A DNA stretch of 64,000 nt from Octopus vulgaris (Eukaryota). The stretch spans positions 23,188,001-23,252,000 of the forward strand of contig OX597818.1 of assembly GCA_951406725.2 (NCBI GenBank), written 5' to 3'. Shown here one piece after another: positions 41,421-53,024 of the stretch. Below the pieces are notes generated by a model. It was given only the letters and a program-made list of their open reading frames with translations. It was not told where the DNA came from and did not search any database. Position 1 is the first letter of the stretch. Each line of letters opens with the position of its first letter. Made by a program: the position numbers and the translations under genes.

Positions 41421-41648
41421 TATAAAATTTAGAGAAAAACCTCTATTAATTCAATAACAAAAGATGTTATTCACTCCATACAGAAAAAATTAAATATTCT
41501 ATAGAAAACATTATTCTAAAATCAATAGAGTCTATTTATTGTTTATGTACTCTACTGAATAATGTTTTCTATTTAATTTTTTCTATATGGTGTGAATAAC
41601 GTCTTCCACTAATGAATTGTTTAATAGAGGTTTTTCTCTAATTTATAT
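41421..41648. repeat. Imperfect foldback (~105-bp arms) between (AT)n tracts
   Basis: TTAGAGAAAAACCTCTATTAA...TTATTCAC.CCATA.AGAAAAAATTAAATA..AGAAAACATTATTC is mirrored at 41555-41645. Confidence 0.85.
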
Positions 41649-41726
41649 ACATATATTATATATTGTCATATTTGATTTAGAATTGCTAAATTGAATTTTT
41701 CCCTGTAAGTTTGGAATTATATTCCC

Positions 41727-41775
<49 letters not shown>

Positions 41776-42104
41776 AATGTAGTATTTAAAGGCAACCACT
41801 GCGACATGACTATCAGGATACTGTGAGTGCCTGACAACATACTAGATGCCATGCACTCTACTCCATCTGTGCTTGAACCAGGAATGCAGCTTAGTCAAAG
41901 ACGTGAGTTGTAGAAAAAAAGAGTCTAGCAAACAGTGACCTGCCCACCAACAAGGAAATGCTGGAGATGTAATGTCATTACATGGTAGTGCATCATTAGC
42001 TACAAACTGAAAGATGCTCATCATATATCATCATCATCGAATGAGTGCATTTTATGTGGCATCAGCACAAGTGCATTTTATGTGGAACTGGCGTGTAAAA
42101 TGTA

Positions 42105-42524
42105 CATGTACAGAGAGCTTGCTAGGGGCACTAGATCTGTGGGAAGACCGTTCTTACGATACAAGGATGTTTGCAAAAAGGACATGAAGGCCTGTGGCAT
42201 CAATATTACCAACTGGGAAATAGTTGCCAGCAACCGTGGAGATTGGTGACGTACCGTAAAAGAGGGAACACAAAGGAGTGACAGAGGGAGAAATGGAAAG
42301 ACAAGAAAAGATGTCAACAAGAAACTATGACATTACAACCAGCCAGGCAAAGTCTTCGCTACATTTGCAGCACCTTCCAGAGGGAGTGTTTGTCCAGGAT
42401 AGGACTACACAGCCACAGCAGGAGATGTATTAGGACATGAAATGTAAAAGCTGGACTAGATTATTTTATGCGCAACTCCATTGTCTCCCAAGACAAAAAG
42501 GATGCCAACAACAACAACAGCAAC
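42105..42524 (+). mobile_element. BovB-like RTE LINE 3' end with (CAA)n tail
   Basis: ELARGTRSVGRPFLRYKDVCKKDMKACGI...WE..A.NR..W, then C-terminal CLSRIGLHSHSRRC, short 3' UTR and CAACAACAAC tail. Confidence 0.85.
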
Positions 42525-42829
42525 ATATACATGTGTGTGTCTATATTAGGGTATTTGTGAAGAATATAAAACCAAATATAAACTATGCTTACCTGAATAG
42601 TTTTAATCAAGAATGTAATCATTGTTTTCAATGACCACAGCCCAACAGGAAAATAACTTTTTTTCTGCCACGTTCAAAGAAACCTGTTTGCTTTCCTGAA
42701 AAAACATCTGAAAGAGTATTTGCAACTTTCTGCAGTTTCTGAAAGTTTTGTATAGTTGAGCAAGCAAAGATTCTCAAAGACTCCCTGAAACCTGAATCAT
42801 GGAACACTCACCAGGAAATTTACAGTCCT

Positions 42830-45800
42830 TTCATCCTTTTCAAATGCTATCTGCTGCAAGTATGGAATTCCCCATTCTCTTATGAGACCCAGAAGTCTCT
42901 TTAAGATCTAAAATCAGCCCAAGGGGATAATCCTCTGTTCCCCCTCTTTTGGTCCAGATGAACTGGTCCAAGGAAGATAGCCTGTCCTTGCTGACCCTGG
43001 AATGTTTATGCTTTGGTGACTTCTTGATCAAATGACCATAACAGAGTCCTGCCTCCCACAGGTAAAGAGTTACATTTGTCTTTGGCTTGAGAGTCTGACG
43101 AATCAATCTAGGAGCTGAACTCAAAATGTAACAAGTCATTTATTTGTAGTGCTCTACCCAGGTGTAGGACTGGTGATTCACATCTGTATCAGCTACCAAA
43201 AGAATTACCATGACATCCACTTGCAGCACCAGTGTTCAAGCCCCTACTTGTTCAGTTCTAAATTCTCACCTTGTTTCCCATGAAACGTATGACCAACTAC
43301 CTCTAAACTCTTTTGAGCAGGGTAGCTGTGAAGAGGTAGATGAAGATGCAGGAACAACAAACAAATTTATGAAGTGCAAAATACTTGTTGTCTACAGCAC
43401 TTTTAACTCACAAACTTAATCAAAGACAATCAGAAAACAAGAACTTCTACATTGTGTAAAGAAAAGCAAAGTTGATATCTTGAGCATTCAAGAACATAGG
43501 CATCATCATCCTGACACAGATTTGAAGTATACCAACCTTTATAGATACCAACTTATTACGACCTCTGCTATTAAAACTCCCAGAGCTCCACTGTAGGTGA
43601 TGTTGGTATGCTCTTGTCTCCAAGCGCCTCAGGTAACTTGCTCTCTGTTGAGAAAACATCTTTCCACATAATTGTTGCTGAGCTGAGTAGTAACCCTCAA
43701 ACCACATTCATTACGTGTTACTGCCCATCTAACACAAGTGATGAGAAATGTGCAAACAGCTTCTACTCCGAACTGAAGGGAGTAACGGAAAGCATCCCTT
43801 CCCATAACTTGCTTGTTATAGAAGGTGATTTTGATGGCCAAATATGGAGGTATGATTCTCTATTCATATATAATAAGGATACTAACTAGAACAGGATAAA
43901 ATTGATTGATTTTGCTCACGAGTTCCAACTTCAGATTGCAAACACAAGGTTCATGAAACACCCAGAGCGTTTGTGGACATTCCAACACCATCTGGATCTT
44001 ATTCACAAATTGCTACATGCTTGTGAGAAACAAGTGGAAGAAAAGTGTCCAAAATGCACAGGCACAATGCTCCTTCGCATCTTTCGACTCAGATCATAGT
44101 GTTGTTTCCATATGCACTGTTCTCAGCCTTAGATCATCAAAACTACCTGTCCCAGACCCCATGAAACAGGTAGACTGGTCCAAGGTATCATCAGATAAAG
44201 ACTTAGTGCACTCATTTGCAGTAGATGTTAAAAACCATTTTGAAATGCTCACAGAGCACACTGATGACATTGAAACACAATATAATAACCTTGTAACAAC
44301 TACAGAAGAAATTTTACTTTCAAAACTACCAAAGAAGGAAAGAATAAAGCACAGATCAATTCATGCAGATTGCTGTGTGAGAAAAGCAAGGAAGCATCTA
44401 GAAAGATTGAAACTTAGGCATGAACAGAGGCCTACTAAAAATAACTTCAGAGATGCTTCCAAAGCTCAAGGAACACTAAATAAGGCATATGCCAACATAG
44501 AAACAGATTACATTCTAGCTGAGATTAACAAAATTGCAAACTTGCATACTGCAAAGCAACATGCTGCAGTATGAAAATTAATATACACACTAACTAGAAG
44601 AAAATTTAAGCCCTCCATCAGGCTTAAAGGTGGTTCCTCTGAGAAGTGCAAGGCCAACTGGTCTGACCACTTTCAGAAACTTCTTGGAGAACCACCACAA
44701 ACTAGCGGTCTTCCACTTCCTCTACACCAAATATCTAATGTATTAGACACCAACATGGACCTTTTCACAATGGATAAGGTCAAAGTAGCTCTCAGTAGTT
44801 TTGCTAGCAATAAACCTCCAGGACTCGATAACATACCAACATTACTGTGGAAAGGTCCAATATTTCATGAAACCTTACTAGTCTTCTGCAATGACATATA
44901 TGCACATCATTTGCTTCCATCAGCTTGGTTGAAGAGTGGAATTGTCCCTGTCCCCAAAAAGGTGATCTAACAAGTGCAGCTAATTATAGAGGCATTACTC
45001 TGATCCCAATTGCAGGAAAAAAGTTTATAACAAACTTCTGCTTAATAGGATTGTACCTATGCTTGATCCACCTCTTCATAAGAATCAGAATGGACTAAGA
45101 AGGGACCAGTCAACAACTGCTCAAATCCTCTCCATCCATTGCTTCTGGAAGAAATGAAAAAGTTTAACAAGAGCATCACAATCTGTTTTGTTGACTTTTG
45201 CAAAGCATTTGATTCCATCAGCAGAGATCTTATGTTTAAAATCCTTGCACTCTATGGTATTCCTCCCAGAATTGTTGGTGCTATTAGAGCACAGTACACA
45301 AACACCACTGCCACAGTTATATCTCCTGATAGAGAGGCTCATTTCTTTGAAGCTGAAGCAGGTGTTCTGCAGAGTGACACACTCGCTCTTTTCTTGTTCA
45401 TCATTGTTCTCAACTATGCCCTACAAATTTCTCTAGATGGTATGGAGGAAAAGGAACTCCTTTTGAAACCTCGCCAGAGCAGTCAACATTGCGCACAATA
45501 TGTAACTGATCTTGACTTTGCTGACGATCTTGCCTTGATATCCCATTGTATTAAAGATGCAGAATCTTTGTTACAAGCACTGGAGAAAGCAGCAAACCAG
45601 GTCGGCCTTTACTGCAATGAGAATAAGACAGAGTTTATCACAACCTCCTCCAAGTTAACTGAACTTAAATCGCTCAATAATATATCAATCAAAAACGTTG
45701 ACGACTTCAAATATCTTGGATCATACATAGTAGACTCCCAAAAAGACTTTCACATCTGCAAAGCTCTTGCTTGGGATCCATGTAACAGACTTGATGAGAT

Positions 45801-45837
45801 CTGGCTCTCAAACCTTCCACCCTTGTTAAAAGTTAAA
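42830..45837 (+). mobile_element. Degenerate RTE/RTE-X-like LINE (APE + RT), 3' end lost
   Basis: ILSIQEHR, CYCPSN, GDFDGQI, DSDH, KPPGLDNIP, NYRGITL, FVDFCKAFDSISR, GVLQSDTLA, DLDFADDLAL, FKYLGS; many frameshifts/stops. The 5' boundary is approximate. Confidence 0.9.
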
Positions 45838-46200
45838 ATGTTCTTCCATCGAGATAATGCTCGGCTATATACAACAAGGATGACATTCCAAAGGCTGGAA
45901 CAGTTTCATGGGAAACAATGCCCCAGCCACCATATTTGCCAGACATTGCTCCATCTGATTATCATTTATTCCGCAGTCTTCAAAATCATTTGGACAGAAA
46001 AAATATGAATTCTATAGACGAGGCCAGAACAGTACTGAAGGAGTATTTTTCGTCATGGACAAGTGAATTTTGGAAGAGGGACCTTGCAAGTCTACCAAAT
46101 GGATAGAAGAGCATTGTGGAAGATGAAGGAGAGTATATTTTAGATTTATCTTAATTTTGAAAAATAAAAGAAGTATTAAAAAAATCACATTATTAATGTT
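45838..46200 (+). mobile_element. Mariner transposase 3' fragment abutting the LINE
   Basis: FFHRDNAR (HDNARPH), QPPYLPDIAPSDYHLFRSLQNHL, FWKRDLASLP, EGEYILD. Confidence 0.9.
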
Positions 46201-46962
46201 TTTGGATTCAGTCCTATTACATATCTCCAGATTGACCAAAACCTTGAGAGTGAAAGAAGCCCATTGTGTGTGTGTGTGTCTTGTCTTGTCATTGTGTGAT
46301 TGTTGTAAATGAATGTCATTCATTTCCATTATTTTTGCGAAAACAATTTCTGGCCCTGGAGAAATAAATCTTTGTTCAGAAACAGGTGAAGGTTTGTGAC
46401 TGACAGCAACACTAGCCATAGAAAATCTGCTTTGATAAGCTCCATCTGATTCATGTGAGCATGGAAAAGTGGATGTTAAAACAACAACAATAATGAAGAA
46501 ATAAATAAATTGATAGAACAAAATGCTGAAAAATTATCAAATCTGTAGCAGAAAGATGGAAAGCATTTATTTATTATGGGAATTCTTTATCTATTTATTT
46601 ATTATTCCACTACATGATTCCTAACAGAGTGACACCAAAAATAGTACAGCTTGTTAAAAGCCATAGGTTAGGTGTCTTATAATATTTTCAAATCCTTTGC
46701 AATCCTTCCTTCTAAAAGTAATAAAATACCACACAAGCCAACAAAAGAGATTTCATATGATTGCTTGAGTTTTTATTTCTACCAGCCTAAAGTTCTCTTA
46801 TACTGAACACTCTGCCATTTGAAGAACAGATATACATTCTATAATGTAGTTCTGGGAACACAACACCCGAATAAAAGTTGTGATGGAACCAACATAAGTT
46901 GTGGTAAACTGAAATCATTTTAAATGCATCAAAATGAGTCATTATTATAACAATATGAAAAC

Positions 46963-47960
46963 AGGCAGTGAGCTAGCAGAATTGTTAACATGCCAAGCAA
47001 AATATTTAGCAGCATTTTGTCCATCCTTATGTTCTGAGTTCACATTCCACTGAGGTTGACTTTGCCTTTCATCCTTTCAGAGTCAATGAAATAAGTACCA
47101 GTTATGCATTGGGGTTGATTTGACTTATATTCTCCCCCGCAAATTTCAGGCCATGTGCCTATTCTGAGACCCCCTTTGGTCACAACACAGACCATGGGAT
47201 TGCACCTAGAAAGTTACCCTCCCAGGCATAAGTCTGGGCAAGGTTGTTTATGGAAGACCAGCAGTCGCCCATGCATACCGGCCTCTCCTATCCACACCAC
47301 CAGTGTTATCTAAGGGAAAGGCAATGGCCAATACAGCTTGGCACCTGTGACGTTGCAATTCATTTCTACAGCTGAGTGAACTGGAGCAATGTGAAATACA
47401 GTGTCTTGCTCAAGAACACAACACGTAGCCTGGTCCGGGATTCGAGCTCACAACCTCATGATCGTAAGCTCGACGCTCTAACGACTGAGCCACGCGCCTA
47501 TAGTACAAAGGATTATTACAAGGTTAAAAGGTGGCCAGTAGGCACAATCATTAACATGCCAAACAAAATGCTTAGCACCATTTCATCAGTCGTGCATTCT
47601 GAGTTCAAATTTTGCCAAGGTCAGCTTTGCCTTTAATCCTTTTGGTGTAAATAAAATAAGTATCAGTTGAACCCTGGGGTTGATGTAAGCAATCTACCCC
47701 TCCTCTAAACAATTACTGACCTTGTGTCACAGTTTGAACCATTATTACAGGATTAAAGGTGGAAAACTGGCAGAATTGTTAGCATGTCAAGCGAAATACT
47801 TAGTAACATTTCATCTGTCTCTATATTCTGAGCTCAAATTCAGCTGAGGTTGACTTTGCCTTTCATTCTTCCAAGATCAATAAAATAAGTACCTGTCAAG
47901 TCAATGTATCCCTCTCCCTTTGAAAACTTCTGGCTCTGTACCAAAATTTGAAACCATTAT
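46963..47960 (+). mobile_element. Three head-to-tail copies of the GGCAGTGAGCTGGCAGAA SINE family
   Basis: Units start at ~46963, ~47525 and ~47757, each with TTCTGAGTTCAAATT..GAGGTTGACTTTGCCTTTCATCC..AATAAGTACC. Confidence 0.8.
47166..47498 (-). mobile_element. Young full-length tRNA-derived SINE nested in the first SINE copy
   Basis: Minus strand starts GGCGCGTGGCTCAGTCGTTAG (A box)...AGCTCGAATCC (B box), then GTGTTCTTGAGCAAGACAC core; CpG retained; GCCTAT at both junctions; related older copy at ~50686-50910 (+). Confidence 0.85.
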
Positions 47961-49461
47961 TATCACAAAATTAATATTCTTCCTTCTTTTCTTGAGCTCC
48001 TAACTCCTGGTGGAATTCTACCCATCATAGTAGAAATTGTCTTGGATAGTTTAAACTTGGAAGAGCTCATTCTTCTTCAGTTCTAACGACAGCCAATTTC
48101 TTCCAGAGAGAGAGAGAGAGAAGTAAGAAGGCTGATACTATATGTCTCATCTCAAGTTGACCTAAGTGAGATTGGAACTCAGAAAGCACAAAGCCAGTAT
48201 CAATACAGCAAAGTAGCACTAATGATTCGGCCAATTCACTGCATTATGGTTAATATATTCATGCGATTGGGCTTATTTGATGTAGAATGCTTGTCCACTT
48301 ATTGAAACTAAATTAAGCTTCAACTTAGATATTCTCAGAAAATGTTAATGTTGAATAAAAACTGGATAACAGAGGCCTGCACTAAGCCAGGTTTCACTCT
48401 GTTTCCTGGATGTTCATTGTTTGGGAAATACAAGTGCTTTTATAGGCTAGATACATTGAAAAGGGTAAAATAAACCAAAATTATATGAACATTAACATTG
48501 TTTTAATTGTAGAATCAAGGTTTTTCTTTTTTATCATATCTGTGTATCACAAAAATACTGAAAGAATAATTCATTGATGGTTTACCAATATTTGGCTCTC
48601 AAAGCTTATATCAAAACAATTAGACAACAACTGATTACAATGTTGAAGTGATTTTATTTTTATTTTTATCTGCTCCAGTTTTATTAGAAGCTTATTTAAC
48701 AAACAGACATTTAGAAGTGTCTTTTTAGGATCCTCATTCTATCTGGCTCAATCTTTTTACAAATACTTTACTTTGTAATTTGACAACATTCTTTACAAAA
48801 AATATGTTCCCGCCTGTTTCGGATAAAGATGTTTGTTCTTTCAGATGATTAGATCAGCAAAAACTATTCCTTAAAACATATGCTGCTATACTCCATGTAT
48901 GTATTTATGAATACAACTGCACCAGCACATATAAATATTTTTAAGTGGAGCTGCACTTAAAGTGTTTATATGTGTATGTTACATGAAATGAGTTTTGAAT
49001 GACAATTTCTTGCCTTTAAGCTGCCGAAAGTCATAATTTGAAAATTAGATGATTAGTGAGAGAGTGGAGGTGGGAGTAGGTGGGACAAAAATTTATTGAA
49101 ACATTTAATTTTTTTTTTCTTTTTTCATTCTGATAATACTAATCAAACATTAAAATTTCTTTCCAGAGTGTGATTAGTTACATTTAACACTTTTTTTAAA
49201 AATTAATTTCTAGGCCACTCTCATTCAGATACAAGACAATAAAATGCATTTAAAACAGACTTTAAATGCTGCATTTAATATTGTTGGAATCAAAAATAGT
49301 TTGGTTTATTCTTTTTCTTTCCCTCATTTCTTTTAGATTCTTGGGGAAATAGTTGTTATAACTCAGTATGGTAATATGACACATCACATTAGTTTCCATT
49401 ATTTTTGTTTTTACTCTCCTCTTTGGCTAATAAAGTACAAATCTATGAGATTTACTGTCAT

Positions 49462-49623
49462 TTAATCAGAACCTTCTTCTGTATCTGAGCTTCGACCTCC
49501 TCTCTGTGCTTTCTTCTTTTTGATCTCTTCCAAAGTGGCTTCGACTGTGTCTTCATAATGAGAAGCCAGTAATGCCAAAACGTCCTTGTGAGTGCAATAG
49601 TAAAGGAAGAACATGTAAAAGTT
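49462..49623 (-). CDS. Adhesion-type (class B2) GPCR, last coding exon (end of TM7, helix 8, C-tail)
   Basis: Acceptor TTTCAG; NFYMFFLYYCTHKDVLALLASHYEDTVEATLEEIKKKKAQRGGRSSDTEEGSD-TAA; phase 0 joins the preceding GPQ. Confidence 0.88.
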   Translation of the reverse strand, partial: NFYMFFLYYCTHKDVLALLASHYEDTVEATLEEIKKKKAQRGGRSSDTEEGSD

Positions 49624-49813
49624 CTGAAATAGAAAAATATTGTTCCAGAATTTACAGACATTCAGCAAATGAGATATAGAGAGATTTATTAGTAGAAATG
49701 TAATGAAAATGTAGTAATGAAAAAGATTTTTGTAGAGAGGGGAGTTATTATCTGAACAAATCATGATAAAAAATTAGAATAAAGAGTTAAAACGGATATT
49801 TGGATATATTTTG

Positions 49814-50202
49814 TTGTACCTTGGGAGGATCATTGTGCCAATAATAAATACATGCACTGGTTCTAGTTCATTTCTTTTATTATTAGTCAATTAGTTAGCC
49901 ATATAACCAAGAGCTAATTAATTGCTGATCAGTTAGCCAGGTCTGTCAGACTCCTTTCATTGTCAGTTGGGATTTCATCAATGATGTACCCTCTCTACTA
50001 TAGATCTGCTTGTCATTAATGAGGTTACAAATGGCAATTGAAAGGACTCTAATTCTACCTGATTGATTGACTGAATGCTTAACCAAACAATTGATTAGTT
50101 AATTAGTTAAATGGTTAATCAATTGACTAATAATAATAAAAGAAGTGAAATGGAACCAGTGTCTGTGTTTATTATTTGCATATTGAACCTTCTGAGATAC
50201 AA
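49814..50202. mobile_element. Diverged palindromic MITE-like foldback (~390 bp) in the last GPCR intron
   Basis: AATAATAAA.AC...CACTGGTTC...TTCTTTTATTATTAGTCAATT is mirrored at the right end, and complementarity continues to near the centre. Confidence 0.75.
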
Positions 50203-50937
50203 AATCTGCTTCAAAACACAAGTTCACATCAGGAATCTTGCAAACCAACTACAAAAGCAAAATATATGGATATAACTTTATTATTTTAGCGTTTCTTTAA
50301 TTTCTGTTCATGGCATTTCTTGTGGCAACAAGGTCAAAGACATAGTTGTGTGGTTAAGAAACTATAGAGATCATAAAACCATTAGATTTCTTATTTGTAA
50401 GTCAACTATAATTTTTCAATTGTCTTTTCCCCTTAAGGCTGATGACTAGAGGATGTTGTAGAAAAAAATTAATGAAGGAAATTCTTGTTGTAAGGGTTGG
50501 GAGAAGGGAACACACATTGTAGGGCTGGCCTAGGGCATTACCTTGCCAAGGAATCATGGAGATTGCATTTGAGTTAATGACTTTTATTTTAAAACTGATT
50601 ATAGCTAGTGTCAGTTTCGGGAAGAAATTATAATAAAGATGCAAATGTAAACATGGTACAGCATTAGATAATCTTTAGATATATGAAGGCACATGGCTTA
50701 GTGGATAGTGTATTAGACTCATGATTGTAAGATTGTGGTTTCAATTCCTGGACTGGGTGACACATTGTGCTCTTGAGCAAAAACACTTTTTTTCACATTG
50801 CCCCTGTCCACTCAGCTAGCAAAAGTGAGTAATCCTGTGATGGACCAGTGGGGAATTTAGTTGCTATGGAAACTGGAAAACCAGCCCTTATGAGTTAGTA
50901 TAACTCGAGAAGGTAAAGAAAAACTTTAGATACTGAC

Positions 50938-51067
50938 CTGTGGTCCTGCAAGAAGGATAAAAGCCCAACCGAAAGGAAGTGTGCTATATCCAGTGAGTGG
51001 AATCAAACCAAACAACCAAGTAGTTCCGAAAAGATGCATTTCACCAAAGAATGTGACAACAAGATTC
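50938..51067 (-). CDS. Adhesion-type GPCR exon (TM6, ECL3, start of TM7)
   Basis: Acceptor TTTACAG, phase 2; NLVVTFFGEMHLFGTTWLFGLIPLTGYSTLPFGWAFILLAGPQ; donor GTCAGT; LxGxTWxFG is the aGPCR TM6 motif. Confidence 0.88.
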
Positions 51068-51954
51068 CTGTAAATAGCCATGAGAGAAACTGATGTAAAT
51101 ACATTTTGCTGATAATAAATGAGATTATACAATAGATAACAGTTCTTAGAATATTATTTTTTTCCAAAACCAATGGTTAGTTTTCAATAGAAAGAAAAAA
51201 AGGGAATATATTGAACTCTAGAGTATTGGCATTTATTTTATTGATCCTGGAGCAATGAAAGATAAAACCATTTCTAGCAGAATTTGAATGTAAAGATACA
51301 AGACATTTCATCCAGCTTTCTTACTATTTCTGCCAACTTGCTTCCCATTGTTATTTATAATAAGCATATGAAATACACTCTTACATAAGATGCTTCCCTT
51401 TTTTAACAGGTATATTTTGTGGAGAAAAAAAACAAGCAAATTTAGTATATTTAATCACACATGTATTGAAAGATATTTTAACATTGTTTTATTGGGGAAA
51501 ATGTATAATTCTATACATGTAAACACAATATTGGGACAGTATGAAACCATAAATTTATTATAAATAAACTATGTTATCAAAGTCTTGTTGTGGTTTTGTT
51601 GTCATCCACTCATTGCAAATAACTCAGAGATAAATGAAAGTTCAACATTCCTATCATCTCTATAGGAGAATTGTTTATTTAGATAATAAATAAATGTTTC
51701 TTAAAGATCATTGAATGAGGTAAGACATCTGTCAAGTATTGGTTATGTACACTGGGGAAGGAAGTATAATCAGATGATGTAGTCTCTCCACATAACTGCT
51801 GACACTGAGTGTGCAATTTACTTTACTAAGTTTGTCCTAACAGAGCAAAAATTTGGTGTGAAGGGCACAATCAAGACAATCCCAGCACTTGACAGCTATT
51901 CATTTATTCAAATCTGCAAAGGATTAAAAGGCTAAGTTGACTCCAGTGGGATAG

Positions 51955-52632
51955 AGTGGCTAACTGGCTTCTGTGCCAGTGGCACATAAAAGGCACCATT
52001 CGAGTGTGATCGTTACCAACGTCACCTTACTGGCACTTGTGCCCATGCTAGTAGGGTGCCAAGAGCACCATCCGAGCATGATCGTTGCCAGAGCAGCTAA
52101 CTGGCTTCTGTGCCGGTGGCTTGTAAAAGGCACCATTTGAGCGTGATCGTTACCTGCATCACTTTACTGGCACCTGTGCTGGTGGCATGTGTAAAAAGAT
52201 TTGAGCAAGGTTGTTGCCAGTACCGCCTGACTGGCCCCTGTGCCAGTGGCACATAAAAACCACCCACTACACTCTCGGAGTGGTTGGCGTTAGGAAGGGC
52301 ATCCAGCAGTAGAAACTCTGCCAGATCAAGATTGGAGCCTGGTGTAGCCATCGGGTTCGCCAACCCTCAGTCAAAATCATCCAGCCCATGCTAGCATGGA
52401 AAGCGGACATTAAACGAAGATGATGATGATGATGATGATGATGATCATCATCATCATCGTTTAACGTCCGTTCTCCATGCTAGCATGGGTTGGACAGTTC
52501 GACCAGGGATCTGGGAAGCCAGAAGGCTATACCAGGCTCCAGTCTGATCTGGCAGTGTTTCTACAGCTGGATGCCCTTCCTAACGCCAACCACTCCAAGA
52601 GTGCAGTGGGTGCTTTTTACGTGCCAGGCGAG
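51955..52632. mobile_element. Two RTE LINE 3' UTR copies joined tail-to-tail through (GAT)n/(CAT)n
   Basis: + copy 51955-52443 ends in (GAT)n; - copy begins (CAT)n at 52444; 52247-52626 forms an inverted repeat. Confidence 0.9.
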
Positions 52633-53024
52633 CAATAATTAGAAATTGCAAAGTTTTCTGTCTGTTGCTCTACATATACTGCCAATCCAAATATTTGTAT
52701 TCCATTCACATGAATGATTCATTCAAGGGATACAGATATTCAAGTTAACATGTTTCATCACCATTGCAAGTATATACTCATCTATTTAGAATTGAAAATA
52801 ACTTAAGTTCTCCCCAAACTCATTCTCTGTTTGCTGTATATGTTTTCACTTCAGCTCTTGTGTATCAGCTGTCCCAGGAAAACATTGACCATATTTTACC
52901 AACCCAGCATACTTCAACACAGTAATAAAAATGGGAAACCCTTTGATCACAAGGCTGTTTGATTTGGGTTAACTTGAATATAAACAACAACAGCTACAAG
53001 ACAGTGATAAAAATAACTCAGTAT

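Noticed and set aside
47425-47498. tRNA gene (also 55765-55830, 50686-50760)
   Set aside because: A/B boxes present but no full cloverleaf; they run into SINE body sequence or are truncated SINE heads.
51955-52260. CRISPR-like repeat/spacer appearance
   Set aside because: Eukaryotic context, spacers related to each other, no cas genes; it is the LINE UTR unit array.
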